This document shows, piece by piece, positions 25,027-34,284 of a stretch of 64,000 bases of DNA. Under the pieces are notes generated by a model. That model did not search any database and was not told where the DNA came from. It saw only the letters and a list, made by a program, of their open reading frames with translations. Each line of letters begins with the position of its first letter. The stretch's first letter is position 1. Position numbers and translations under genes: made by a program. The DNA is from Thiopseudomonas sp. (GTDB lineage Bacteria; Pseudomonadota; Gammaproteobacteria; Pseudomonadales; Pseudomonadaceae): contig JALOAC010000007.1 of NCBI GenBank assembly GCA_023228985.1, positions 22,254 to 86,253 on the forward strand. Direction: 5' to 3'.

Positions 25027-25899
25027 ATGAGCTACCCAGCTAAAGAAATACGTATCCAATTACCGCATATCGATCTCGCAGCTCGTGTATATGGTCCAGA
25101 AGACGGTGTTCCAGTATTAGCCCTACATGGCTGGCTTGATAATGCCATGAGTTTTGAGTTGTTAGCACCTAAGCTTCCAGGCTTGCGCATAGTCGCCCTA
25201 GATATGGCAGGCCATGGTTTTTCTGGTCGTCGTGCTCCGGGTGCAGGCTATCAATTATGGGACTTTGCCACGGATGCCTTGTTGGCTACCCAAGAGTTAG
25301 GTTGGTCTAAATTTTCAATTTTAGGCCATTCGCTCGGTGGCATTGTCGGTGTGCTGGTTGCTGCTGCAGTGCCAGAGCGTATTGAGCGCTTGGCATTGAT
25401 TGACGGTTTGGTGCCTGATACCGGCGAGGCCGCGCAATCACCGAAAAAACTGGGTGAAGCGTTGTTGGCGCAAATTGATGTGCATAGTAAAAAGAAAACG
25501 GTTTATAGCTCCGAAGAGCAAGCCGTACAGGCCCGCGTGCGTGGCTTTATGCCGGTGAGTCAGCTGGCAGCGCAGTTACTGGTGTCGCGGGGGCTGAGTC
25601 CGGTGGATGGCGGTTATTGCTGGAATACGGATGTGCGCTTAACCTTGCCTTCACCACTACGTTTGACCATCAAGCATGCACAGGCTTTCGTGCAGGCACT
25701 GCAGTGCCCAGTCAGCTTGGTCTTGGCAGAGCAGGGCCTGCTGGTTAGTGTGCCTGAGTTTATGGGCTTTATGGATGCCTTGGACAAACAAAATATGGTG
25801 ATACACAGAGTGTTGGGTGGTCACCACCTGCATCTTGATGATGACCAGGGTGCGCAGGCTGTAGCTGAGTGCTTTGCTGAGTTTTTAGCCGCTAAATAG
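25027..25899 (+). CDS. Alpha/beta hydrolase
   Basis: ALHGWLDNA, GHSLGG nucleophile elbow and GGHHLH. Confidence 0.9.
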   Translation: MSYPAKEIRIQLPHIDLAARVYGPEDGVPVLALHGWLDNAMSFELLAPKLPGLRIVALDMAGHGFSGRRAPGAGYQLWDFATDALLATQELGWSKFSILGHSLGGIVGVLVAAAVPERIERLALIDGLVPDTGEAAQSPKKLGEALLAQIDVHSKKKTVYSSEEQAVQARVRGFMPVSQLAAQLLVSRGLSPVDGGYCWNTDVRLTLPSPLRLTIKHAQAFVQALQCPVSLVLAEQGLLVSVPEFMGFMDALDKQNMVIHRVLGGHHLHLDDDQGAQAVAECFAEFLAAK

Positions 25900-25921
25900 C
25901 GAGTAACTAGAGGAATAAAAC

Positions 25922-26584
25922 ATGATTGATTTATATACGGCAGCAACACCTAATGGGCATAAGGCTTCTATTGCTTTAGAGGAGATGGCGCTTGAGTATC
26001 AATTACATGTGCTTTCCTTTGATAAAAAAGAACAAAAAGCACCGGAGTTTTTAGCCATTAACCCGAATGGACGAATTCCTGCAATTGTTGATCGTGATAA
26101 TGGTGATTTTGCAGTGTTTGAGTCCGGTGCGATTCTTTGGTATTTGGCTGAAAAAACGGGACAGTTTTTGTCAACTGATGCAAAGCAGCGTTCTGTAACA
26201 CTGCAGTGGTTAATGTTTCAGATGGGCGGGGTTGGGCCTATGCAGGGACAGGCCAACGTTTTTTATCGTTATTTTCCAGAAAAAATCCCTGCTGCAATTG
26301 AGCGTTATCAAAATGAGACACGCCGTCTGTATGAAGTGCTCAACACGCGCTTGTCGCAGGCAGAATATTTAGCTGGTGATTACAGCATTGCTGATATGGC
26401 GACTTACCCTTGGGTATCAGTCTATGAGTGGGCTGGTGTTTCAGTTGCAGGCTTGGAGCATTTACAGCGCTGGTTAGAGGCGGTTGGGCAGCGGCCTGCA
26501 GTACAGAAGGGTATGCAGACACCGCCCTCGCAGCAACCCAAAGAAGACTCCATCGGTACGGCGCAATCGATGTTGGTGAAATAA
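25922..26584 (+). CDS. Glutathione S-transferase family protein (YfcG/YghU-like)
   Basis: TPNGHK, NPNGRIP, FESGAIL and [11 protein letters not shown]. Confidence 0.92.
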   Translation: MIDLYTAATPNGHKASIALEEMALEYQLHVLSFDKKEQKAPEFLAINPNGRIPAIVDRDNGDFAVFESGAILWYLAEKTGQFLSTDAKQRSVTLQWLMFQMGGVGPMQGQANVFYRYFPEKIPAAIERYQNETRRLYEVLNTRLSQAEYLAGDYSIADMATYPWVSVYEWAGVSVAGLEHLQRWLEAVGQRPAVQKGMQTPPSQQPKEDSIGTAQSMLVK

Positions 26585-27390
26585 TGACTAAACTTGTTTC
26601 TGCGTTGTTAGGTGTGGGCCTGCTACTTGTTGCACATGTCTTGCCTGCACAAACTCTATTTGAGTCACTGCAAGCACTACCACCTTTGCAAAATGCCCGT
26701 GTCATTAACTCTTCGCAGCAGGAGGCTGTAGAAAAGATTTATCCGCTGGGTTCTGTGCGTCGTATTAGTGGTCGTTTGCGTTATACCGGCGAGGTGTTAT
26801 TGCACGGGCAACAATCTGTTTTAACCGTACAGTTAGCGTCAACACATACAGCAGGTGATGCCTTTATGGCCGCACGCGACTATTTAGAACAGCATGATGC
26901 GCAAATGTTATTTTGGTGTGAAGGAAAGGATTGCGGGCCAAGCAATCTGTGGGCTAATGCGGTATTTGATACTGCGCGTCTGTATGGGCCGGATGAGCAA
27001 CAGAGTTACGCTGCCTTTATTCAACCAAAAGACGCTTCACTGATCACTGTCTATGCGATTACGCGCGGTAATGGACGTTCCTTGTTACATTTTGAGCAGC
27101 TGGCTACTGACTCTATGCCTAGTGATTTACGCCCAACTCCAGCTACGCTACTGCGTCAGTTGCGCGAGGGTGGAAAACTAATGCTGACTCATTTGCCTGC
27201 TGAGCCAGAGCCGCAATGGCTGGCTTTGCTTGTGCGTACACTTAATCAAAGCGCAGCTTTTAGAGTGGTTATCGGCGGCGAGAATGCAGCGCTTTGGTAC
27301 GAAGAGTTAATCGCGGCTGGAGTAAAAGCCAATCGTGTAGAGCTTGATTCTGCTGAAAGCTCAAAACTTTACTTGCAGCTTATTCAATAG
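26584..27390 (+). CDS. Exported protein, DUF4892-like
   Basis: Signal peptide from ATG 26584 overlapping the GST stop; FWCEGKDCGPSNLWAN motif. Confidence 0.7.
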   Translation: MTKLVSALLGVGLLLVAHVLPAQTLFESLQALPPLQNARVINSSQQEAVEKIYPLGSVRRISGRLRYTGEVLLHGQQSVLTVQLASTHTAGDAFMAARDYLEQHDAQMLFWCEGKDCGPSNLWANAVFDTARLYGPDEQQSYAAFIQPKDASLITVYAITRGNGRSLLHFEQLATDSMPSDLRPTPATLLRQLREGGKLMLTHLPAEPEPQWLALLVRTLNQSAAFRVVIGGENAALWYEELIAAGVKANRVELDSAESSKLYLQLIQ

Positions 27391-27455
27391 CCAAGCTTCT
27401 TGATGTGGCTAAGAAAAATAATAATTAAGGAACCTCTGAATAACAAGGAGCAACA

Positions 27456-28526
27456 ATGATTAGCAGCGATCGTTTACTGACGCAGATTCTTTTGCTGGCT
27501 TTGATAGGTGCCTGTTTGTGGGTGTTAGCCCCCTTTATGTCGGCACTTTTTTGGGCAGCTGTGGTGGCTTTTGCTAGCTGGCCCTTGATGCGTCTATTAA
27601 CCGCTAAGCTCAATGGAAATATTGCTTTAGCGGCTTCAATATTGACAGCTGGTTGGGTATTGCTGGTGGCTATTCCTTTTTTCTGGATCGGCTTTAACAT
27701 CGCGGACTACATCCGTGATGGAACTGAGATGATAAAAAACCTGCGTATCACGGGCATGCCACCAGAGCCTGAATGGTTGCAAAGTGTGCCTTTCTTTGGA
27801 GAGCGCTTACATGAGGTGTGGGCTACTTTAGATGAAGAAGGCCCAGTATTGTTCTCTGCGGTTAAGCCCTATATGGGAATGCTCGGTAACTGGCTGTTGG
27901 GGCGTAGTGCCAGTATTGCAGGCGGTATGTTAGAGCTCACGCTGAGTTTGTTTTTAGTGTTTTTCTTTTATCGTGATGGCGAACGCCTTGCGTTGTTTGT
28001 GCGCGCGTTGGTGCATAGATTATTGGGCGCACGTACTGATTACTATATAGAGCTGGTAGCAGGCACTGTACGTCGCGTGGTCAACGGCGTGATAGGTACC
28101 GCAACAGCACAAGCGATAGTGGCTTTTATTGGTTTTTGGATTGCTGGCGTGCCCGGTGCTTTGCTGTTATCTGGCCTAACTTTTATGTTGAGTTTAATAC
28201 CCATGGGGCCTCCTTTGGTGTGGGTGCCAGCTGTAGCTTGGTTGTTTTTCCAAGAAAACTATACGATGGCTATTTTTATGGCTGTTTGGGGGTTTGTGGT
28301 TATTAGTAGTGTTGATAATATTTTAAAACCCTATTTGATTAGCCGTGGTGGGAACTTACCCTTAATTGTGGTTCTAATTGGTGTGTTTGGTGGACTTATT
28401 GCCTTTGGTTTTATGGGTTTATTTTTAGGCCCAACCTTGCTTGCAGTAGCCTATAGTTTGCTTAGTGAGTGGATTTTAATCAGTGAGTCCAAGCAAGAAA
28501 AAAAGAAAAGAACGCTTAAGGAGTAG
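27456..28526 (+). CDS. AI-2E family transporter
   Basis: 356 aa polytopic protein; LSLIPMGPPLVW, DNILKPYLI and GFMGLFLGP. Confidence 0.9.
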   Translation: MISSDRLLTQILLLALIGACLWVLAPFMSALFWAAVVAFASWPLMRLLTAKLNGNIALAASILTAGWVLLVAIPFFWIGFNIADYIRDGTEMIKNLRITGMPPEPEWLQSVPFFGERLHEVWATLDEEGPVLFSAVKPYMGMLGNWLLGRSASIAGGMLELTLSLFLVFFFYRDGERLALFVRALVHRLLGARTDYYIELVAGTVRRVVNGVIGTATAQAIVAFIGFWIAGVPGALLLSGLTFMLSLIPMGPPLVWVPAVAWLFFQENYTMAIFMAVWGFVVISSVDNILKPYLISRGGNLPLIVVLIGVFGGLIAFGFMGLFLGPTLLAVAYSLLSEWILISESKQEKKKRTLKE

Positions 28527-28529
28527 TAG

Positions 28530-28820
28530 ATGAGACTCAATAACATAATTGGCTTAGGACTGGTTTTAAGTACTTTGTTGTTAGCAGGTTGCGCAGGTAA
28601 AACCTATGATCGTGCCGCCTGTAGTAATGAGATTGATGCAGCATGGAAGGAGTTAAACTTTGCTGAGGCGGAAGGGCTTGCTGGTACAGTCAGCTACTCC
28701 AAAGCTTTGGCTTTACTGACTACGGCAAAAACTCAGCAGCAATTTGAGAAGTTTGCCAGCTGTAAACACAAAGCCAAACGTGCACGTTTTTATATTAGTG
28801 AATCGCGCGCAGGACGTTAG
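28530..28820 (+). CDS. Small lipoprotein, function unknown
   Basis: Lipobox LAGC; two further Cys; helical; RBS before the ATG. Confidence 0.75.
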   Translation: MRLNNIIGLGLVLSTLLLAGCAGKTYDRAACSNEIDAAWKELNFAEAEGLAGTVSYSKALALLTTAKTQQQFEKFASCKHKAKRARFYISESRAGR

Positions 28821-28914
28821 TGGCTTAACTGAGGTATGCAATGTCACGCACCCGATGAAGTTAAACGAAATTTGTTTATACTCATAACGGAAAATAAAGG
28901 TTACAGGAGTTGGG

Positions 28915-29835
28915 GTGATGTTAAGAAAGCTGGAAAATTGCCTGCACGCCGTTAATCAGGTGTTACTGGGTAAGGAGCATCAGGTGCGCATGGCCATGGC
29001 GTGTTTATTGGCGCGAGGGCACTTGCTGATTGAGGATTTGCCGGGGATGGGCAAAACAACCCTCAGTCATGCTTTGGCGCAGGTGCTGGGACTTAGTTAC
29101 CAGCGCGTGCAATTCACCTCCGACTTACTGCCCGGAGATATCTTAGGAACTTCTGTTTTTGAGCGCAGCACAGGGCAGTTTGTGTTTCACCCAGGGCCTA
29201 TTTTTACTCAGCTTTTGCTGGCCGATGAAATCAATCGAGCTACTCCCAAAAGCCAAAGTGCGTTGCTGGAAGCCATGGAGGAGCGGCAAGTCACCATCGA
29301 GGGTGCAACCCGTCCTTTGCCGGAACCTTTTTTCGTGATTGCAACCCAAAACCCCATCTGTCAGAGCGGCACTTTTGCTTTGCCAGAATCTCAACTTGAT
29401 CGTTTTTTAATGCGCCTGTCTTTGGGATATCCCAATGCCGAAGCGGAGCGTGCATTGTTAACGCATGCTGATACAAGGCCGCAAGCGACTTCGTTAACCC
29501 AGCAAATAGAAAAAGATGAGCTGCTGAGCGCGCAAAAACAGGTGAGTGAAATAAAGGTGAGTGACGCACTAGTGAGTTATATTCTGCGTCTAGTAGAGGC
29601 CACGCGCACCAATGCACAGTTTGTTTATGGCTTATCGCCGCGTGGCGGACTGGCGTTGTTATCAGCGGCTAAAGCTTGGGCGTTTTTGGCTGGACGTGAT
29701 TATGTCATTCCGGAGGATGTACAGAGTGTTTTGCCACAGGTGGTGGCACATCGACTAGCGCATGCAGCCGCGGGTACTGGCGCTACAGGCACCACAGCAG
29801 TGCAATGGCTGCTCAGTGAAGTAGCTGTATTTTAA
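28915..29835 (+). CDS. MoxR-family AAA+ ATPase
   Basis: Walker A EDLPGMGKT, LLADEINRATPKSQSALLEAM and LPESQLDRF. Confidence 0.93.
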   Translation: MMLRKLENCLHAVNQVLLGKEHQVRMAMACLLARGHLLIEDLPGMGKTTLSHALAQVLGLSYQRVQFTSDLLPGDILGTSVFERSTGQFVFHPGPIFTQLLLADEINRATPKSQSALLEAMEERQVTIEGATRPLPEPFFVIATQNPICQSGTFALPESQLDRFLMRLSLGYPNAEAERALLTHADTRPQATSLTQQIEKDELLSAQKQVSEIKVSDALVSYILRLVEATRTNAQFVYGLSPRGGLALLSAAKAWAFLAGRDYVIPEDVQSVLPQVVAHRLAHAAAGTGATGTTAVQWLLSEVAVF

Positions 29836-30794
29836 TGAGCGCTTGGCGTCATTGGCTTGCGGCTTGGTGGTCTCGTCGTTTGCCGGCACAAACTCGAGTT
29901 AAGCTGGGGCAGAAACATATCTTTATCGTGCCCACCTTAGCTGGCTATGCATTCGCAGCAGCCTTGTTATTAATGTTGATGGTCGCGATTAATTATCAAA
30001 ACAGCCTCGCCTATGCGTTAACGTTCTTGTTGGCCTCTGTGGGCTTACTCAGCATTTTACATACATGGCGTAACTTGGCAGGTTTACAGCTGGTTGGCTT
30101 GCCAACTGAGGCCTGCTTTGCTGGTGAAAATGCTCGGTTTCCGATACGCCTGCAAGCGACTGGGCGCGCATATCAGGCTATCGGGCTGGGTTGGTCGCGA
30201 CAGAAAATGCTAATGACGGATGTGGCAAAACATTCCGAACAACAGGTTGAGTTGAGTTTGGCCGTCAAACGTCGAGGCAAACATAGCGCGGGGCGTATTC
30301 GGGTAGAAACACGCTTTCCGCTGGGTATTTGGGTGGCATGGAGCCAAGTGGATTTAGCGCAAAGCGTACTTGTTTACCCTAAACCTATAGCAGCACCATT
30401 GGAATTGGCAGGTGTGGCTGCTGGTGAGGATGAGGTCGAGGGATTAGCAACGGCTGGGCGTGGTGTAGATGATTACCAAGGGTTGGAAGCTTGGCAGCAA
30501 GGCGATTCTTTACGCCGAGTAAACTGGAAAGTTTGGTCGAAGGGGCAGGGTTTGTGGGTTAAGCAGTTTGCTGAACTTAAGGGGGCACAGGCGCAGTTGG
30601 ATTTTTCCTCGCTGGGCGGTGATGTTGAATACCGCCTGTCTGTACTCTGTGCACAGGTTCTTAAACTAACCCAGCAAGAAACCCCTTTTACTCTGAAGCT
30701 GCTGGAGCAAACTATCGGGCCGGGCACAGGGGTTGCACATCAAGCAGAATGTTTAACTGCCTTGGCGCTCTTTGCTGGGGGCGGGCATGGCTAA
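29835..30794 (+). CDS. DUF58 domain protein
   Basis: Two N-terminal TMs; DDYQGLEAWQQGDSLRRVNWK; coupled to MoxR. Confidence 0.87.
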   Translation: MSAWRHWLAAWWSRRLPAQTRVKLGQKHIFIVPTLAGYAFAAALLLMLMVAINYQNSLAYALTFLLASVGLLSILHTWRNLAGLQLVGLPTEACFAGENARFPIRLQATGRAYQAIGLGWSRQKMLMTDVAKHSEQQVELSLAVKRRGKHSAGRIRVETRFPLGIWVAWSQVDLAQSVLVYPKPIAAPLELAGVAAGEDEVEGLATAGRGVDDYQGLEAWQQGDSLRRVNWKVWSKGQGLWVKQFAELKGAQAQLDFSSLGGDVEYRLSVLCAQVLKLTQQETPFTLKLLEQTIGPGTGVAHQAECLTALALFAGGGHG

Positions 30795-32769
30795 GCACAA
30801 GATTAAACCCAGTATTCCACGTAACAGCTTAATTTGGCTATTGATTGCCCAAGTGTTAGTGATAATTCCTTTGTTGTGGCATGTGCCCTTGTGGATTGTC
30901 GGCTTGTGGCTCGTCTGTGCCGCATGGCGCATACAGGTGTTTCGTATGCGTATGCAGTTTCCCAGGGCGATAGTAAAAGTGGCCATGATGGTAAGTGCAG
31001 CTTTTGCAGTGTATCTAAGTCGCGGCAGTCTTGTAGGGTTAGATGCTGGGGTGGCGCTGCTGTTGACCGCCTTTGTGCTGAAACTGGTCGAACTGCGCAG
31101 TAAGCGAGATGCGCTGGTGTTGATCTATCTTGGGTTTTTTACGGTAGTCACCAGCTATTTGTTCGATGACAGTATTCTCGCGGCTGGTTATAGCCTGTTG
31201 TCTGTCACTGCGTTACTTGCGGCACTGGTTGGACTGCAGCAAACAGTCTTGGCTGGGCGACCAGGTAAAACGATAACCCAAGCCGCTGCAATCTTGCTAC
31301 AAGCCATTCCTGTGGCCCTGCTGTTATTTTTGTTTTTCCCGCGTTTAGACCCACTCTGGGTTTTACCAGCGCCAAAGGACAAAGGCGTTACCGGTATTTC
31401 GGACCATATGTCACCGGGCGATATTGCTGAGCTTAGTCAGTCATCAGAGTTGGTTTTTCGTGCCAGCTTTGCGGGTGAGATACCGGCACAAAACCAGCTG
31501 TATTGGCGCGCATTGACTTTGCCGTATTTTGATGGCCGTACATGGCATATGCAAAACATGACCTCTGATTTGCTCGCGCCAGAGTGGCAGGCGCAGGGCG
31601 ATATGCTGGAATACAGTGTGATTATGCAGCCAAGCTCGCGGACTTGGTTGTACAGCTTGGCGGTGAGCCAGACAGAGCAAAAAGATATTCGACTGATGAA
31701 TGATTTTCGTCTGCAGCATAATACACCCATACATCGCACTTATTTATATCAGGCTCAGGCTTGGCCTGAAGCGTTGGCTGAGCCAAAGTTGAGTCCTGAA
31801 AAATACCGCTTCTATTTACAATTGCCGCGTGATGTGAATCCGCAGGCGCGTGCATGGGCGCAACAATTACGTCAGCGTCATCCTGATGACGAGTCGTTAG
31901 TGCGAGCAGTGTTACGTCACTTTAACCAAGAAGAATACTTTTATACCCTAAAGCCACCGCGCCTAGGTAAACACAGTGTGGATGAGTTTTTATTTGCCAC
32001 GCAAACAGGTTTTTGTGAGCACTATTCAAGCTCTATGGCCTTTGTGTTGCGTGCAGCAGGTATTCCGGCGCGTGTGGTGACAGGCTATCAGGGCGGTGAG
32101 GTTAATCGCACGGAAAACTATGTGCAGGTACGCCAATATGATGCGCATTCATGGGTTGAGTATTGGCGTTTGGGTTTTGGCTGGCACAGAGTTGACCCGA
32201 CGTTTCAGGTTGCGCCAGAGCGTATCGAGCAAGGCTTGCAAGAAGCGTTGCGTGGTGAAAGCTTGAATACAGGGCTGTTTTCGCCATTAAGTTACAGGCA
32301 CATCGGCTGGATTAATCAGTTAAGAATAGGTTGGGATACCCTCAACTATAACTGGCAGAAAAATGTTCTAGGCTATCAGGCTGAACGCCAGCAAAACTGG
32401 CTTAAAGGTTTACTGGGTGAGATTAGCTGGCAGAAAATAGGTGTCAGCTTGGTGATAGCGATTGCGCTGCTATTTGCTGTTATATCGCTGTGGTTGTTTA
32501 AACCTTGGCAAACACGGTTGAGTGAAACTCAGCGGTTGCTCAGGCAGTTTGAGCGTTTACTGGCCAAACGCCAATGTGTTCGTAATCCAGCGGAAGGATT
32601 GCGTGCGTTTCAGTTACGTATTAAGGAAGATTTATCACCGCAGCAGCAAATTGCGCTGGAGGATTTTGTGCATAGCTACGAGCAAATCGAGTATGCCAAC
32701 GTACCAGTTCCCAGCGCGCAGTTGCAGCAGCAGTTACAGGCATTACGCCATAGCTTGGCGGGTAGATAA
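30787..32769 (+). CDS. Membrane transglutaminase-like protein (TgpA family)
   Basis: N-terminal multi-TM domain; Cys-His-Asp triad in GFCEHY, DAHSWVE and VDPT; ATG 30787 overlaps the DUF58 stop. Confidence 0.88.
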   Translation: MAKHKIKPSIPRNSLIWLLIAQVLVIIPLLWHVPLWIVGLWLVCAAWRIQVFRMRMQFPRAIVKVAMMVSAAFAVYLSRGSLVGLDAGVALLLTAFVLKLVELRSKRDALVLIYLGFFTVVTSYLFDDSILAAGYSLLSVTALLAALVGLQQTVLAGRPGKTITQAAAILLQAIPVALLLFLFFPRLDPLWVLPAPKDKGVTGISDHMSPGDIAELSQSSELVFRASFAGEIPAQNQLYWRALTLPYFDGRTWHMQNMTSDLLAPEWQAQGDMLEYSVIMQPSSRTWLYSLAVSQTEQKDIRLMNDFRLQHNTPIHRTYLYQAQAWPEALAEPKLSPEKYRFYLQLPRDVNPQARAWAQQLRQRHPDDESLVRAVLRHFNQEEYFYTLKPPRLGKHSVDEFLFATQTGFCEHYSSSMAFVLRAAGIPARVVTGYQGGEVNRTENYVQVRQYDAHSWVEYWRLGFGWHRVDPTFQVAPERIEQGLQEALRGESLNTGLFSPLSYRHIGWINQLRIGWDTLNYNWQKNVLGYQAERQQNWLKGLLGEISWQKIGVSLVIAIALLFAVISLWLFKPWQTRLSETQRLLRQFERLLAKRQCVRNPAEGLRAFQLRIKEDLSPQQQIALEDFVHSYEQIEYANVPVPSAQLQQQLQALRHSLAGR

Positions 32770-32822
32770 CGTTTTTAACGCAGTGATAGCTACGCAGGTC
32801 GTTATTCAGAAGCTGCCTAGGT

Positions 32823-33143
32823 TTAAGCAAAGGCTTGTTTTTGTGCGGTTATCTGCCGTTCGATAATCTGACAAACCATCTCACAGAGTGCATAGGTTGA
32901 CTCGTCGGTTAGCTGATAAAACACATGAGTGCCCTGTGATTGGCGGGTAATCAAGCCGTGGCGATTAAGAATGGATAGGTGGCGAGAGATATTAGCTGAG
33001 CTGAAATTGCAACGCTGAGCAAGCTCGCCGACATTGTATTGCCCTTCACCTAACAGGCGCAAAATTTGCAGTCGTGTCGGATCGGATAACGCTTTGAAGT
33101 AAGCCGCTATTTGTTCTAGCGCATGCGGACTCATTTTTTCCAT
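32823..33143 (-). CDS. ArsR/SmtB-family regulator with C-terminal CxxxC
   Basis: FKALSDPTRLQIL...SANISRHLSIL...RQSQGTHVFY...LCEMVC; ATG 33143 (or 33134). Confidence 0.88.
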   Translation of the reverse strand: MEKMSPHALEQIAAYFKALSDPTRLQILRLLGEGQYNVGELAQRCNFSSANISRHLSILNRHGLITRQSQGTHVFYQLTDESTYALCEMVCQIIERQITAQKQAFA

Positions 33144-33259
33144 TACATTTCTCAAGTTAAACAATGCTGTAGTTAAGATAGTTAGATACTTGCATGTTTG
33201 CAAGCTTAGTTACATAATAGTTTAATCTTTTATTAAATATATTTGTGGAGAGTGTGCGG

Positions 33260-34282
33260 GTGAACAATAAACTAGCAATTATTTTAGCGCTCGCGGGTCT
33301 TGTCATAAGCGGTTGGGCATCAGCGCAGAGCTCTGCGGCGGTGCAGGTAAAGCGTGCGTCTTGGGCCAGCAGTGCTGAGTATGAAGGGCAAGTCGAGGCG
33401 GTGACAGATACCCGTGTGGCCGCTCAGGTGGCAGGCAGTATTAAGCAAGTGCATGTCAAAGCCGGTGACCGAGTTACGGCGGGGCAGCTGTTAATCGAGA
33501 TTGATGCCAGTCAGGCGCGTCAGCAGCAAGCCGCCGCACAAGCGCAAGCCGATGCTGCCCGAGCACAGTTGCATGCGCTAACCCAAGAACTGGCACGGCA
33601 GAAAAAGCTCTTCGAACAAAACTATATTAGCCAAGGTGCGTTAGAGCGTATCGAGGCTGAGCAGCGTGCCACCGCCGCGCAACTCAAAGCACACCAAGCG
33701 CAAGTGCAAGCCGCACAGGTACAAACCGATTTTTTTGAAATACGTGCACCTTATGCCGGAGTGGTCATTGATGTGCCGGCTATGCAGGGTGATATGGCGA
33801 TGCCGGGCATGCCGCTGCTGAGTTTGTTTGAGCCAGCCCAGTTAAGAGTGGGTGTGTCGGTGCCTGTGAGTGCCTTGCCAGCGCAAAGCCTCAGCTTGGA
33901 GCAGGTAAAAGTAAAGCGCGGGCAAGAGGTGCTGGCAGTCAATAATTTACAGCGCCTGCCTACCGCGGATGCGAGCTCACAAAGCGTGCGTTTGCGCTTA
34001 ACCCTTAGCAATGGCAATACCGGTTTAGTGCCGGGTCAGTCCGTTAAAGTGCAGTTGCAGCGCCCACAGGTTGCCCAGCAGAGTAAATTATTTATCCCAG
34101 CCAAGGCGGTGGTTCGCCGCGCCGAGCTGACCGCGGTGTATGTCAAAAGCGCGCAAGAGGGTAAACCTCTTTTGCGGCAGGTGCGTTTAGGCGCGCAAAC
34201 AGGTGACGAGATCGAGGTGCTGAGCGGTTTAAGCGAAGGCGAGTGGGTGTATCTTGATCCTCATGTGTTGAGCAAGGAGTAA
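33260..34282 (+). CDS. RND efflux periplasmic adaptor (MFP)
   Basis: Signal/anchor; VAAQVAGSIKQVHVKAGDRV and IRAPYAGVV hairpin/lipoyl motifs; GTG 33260 follows a GGAG RBS (the ORF opens at 33245). Confidence 0.92.
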   Translation: MNNKLAIILALAGLVISGWASAQSSAAVQVKRASWASSAEYEGQVEAVTDTRVAAQVAGSIKQVHVKAGDRVTAGQLLIEIDASQARQQQAAAQAQADAARAQLHALTQELARQKKLFEQNYISQGALERIEAEQRATAAQLKAHQAQVQAAQVQTDFFEIRAPYAGVVIDVPAMQGDMAMPGMPLLSLFEPAQLRVGVSVPVSALPAQSLSLEQVKVKRGQEVLAVNNLQRLPTADASSQSVRLRLTLSNGNTGLVPGQSVKVQLQRPQVAQQSKLFIPAKAVVRRAELTAVYVKSAQEGKPLLRQVRLGAQTGDEIEVLSGLSEGEWVYLDPHVLSKE

Positions 34283-34284
34283 GC

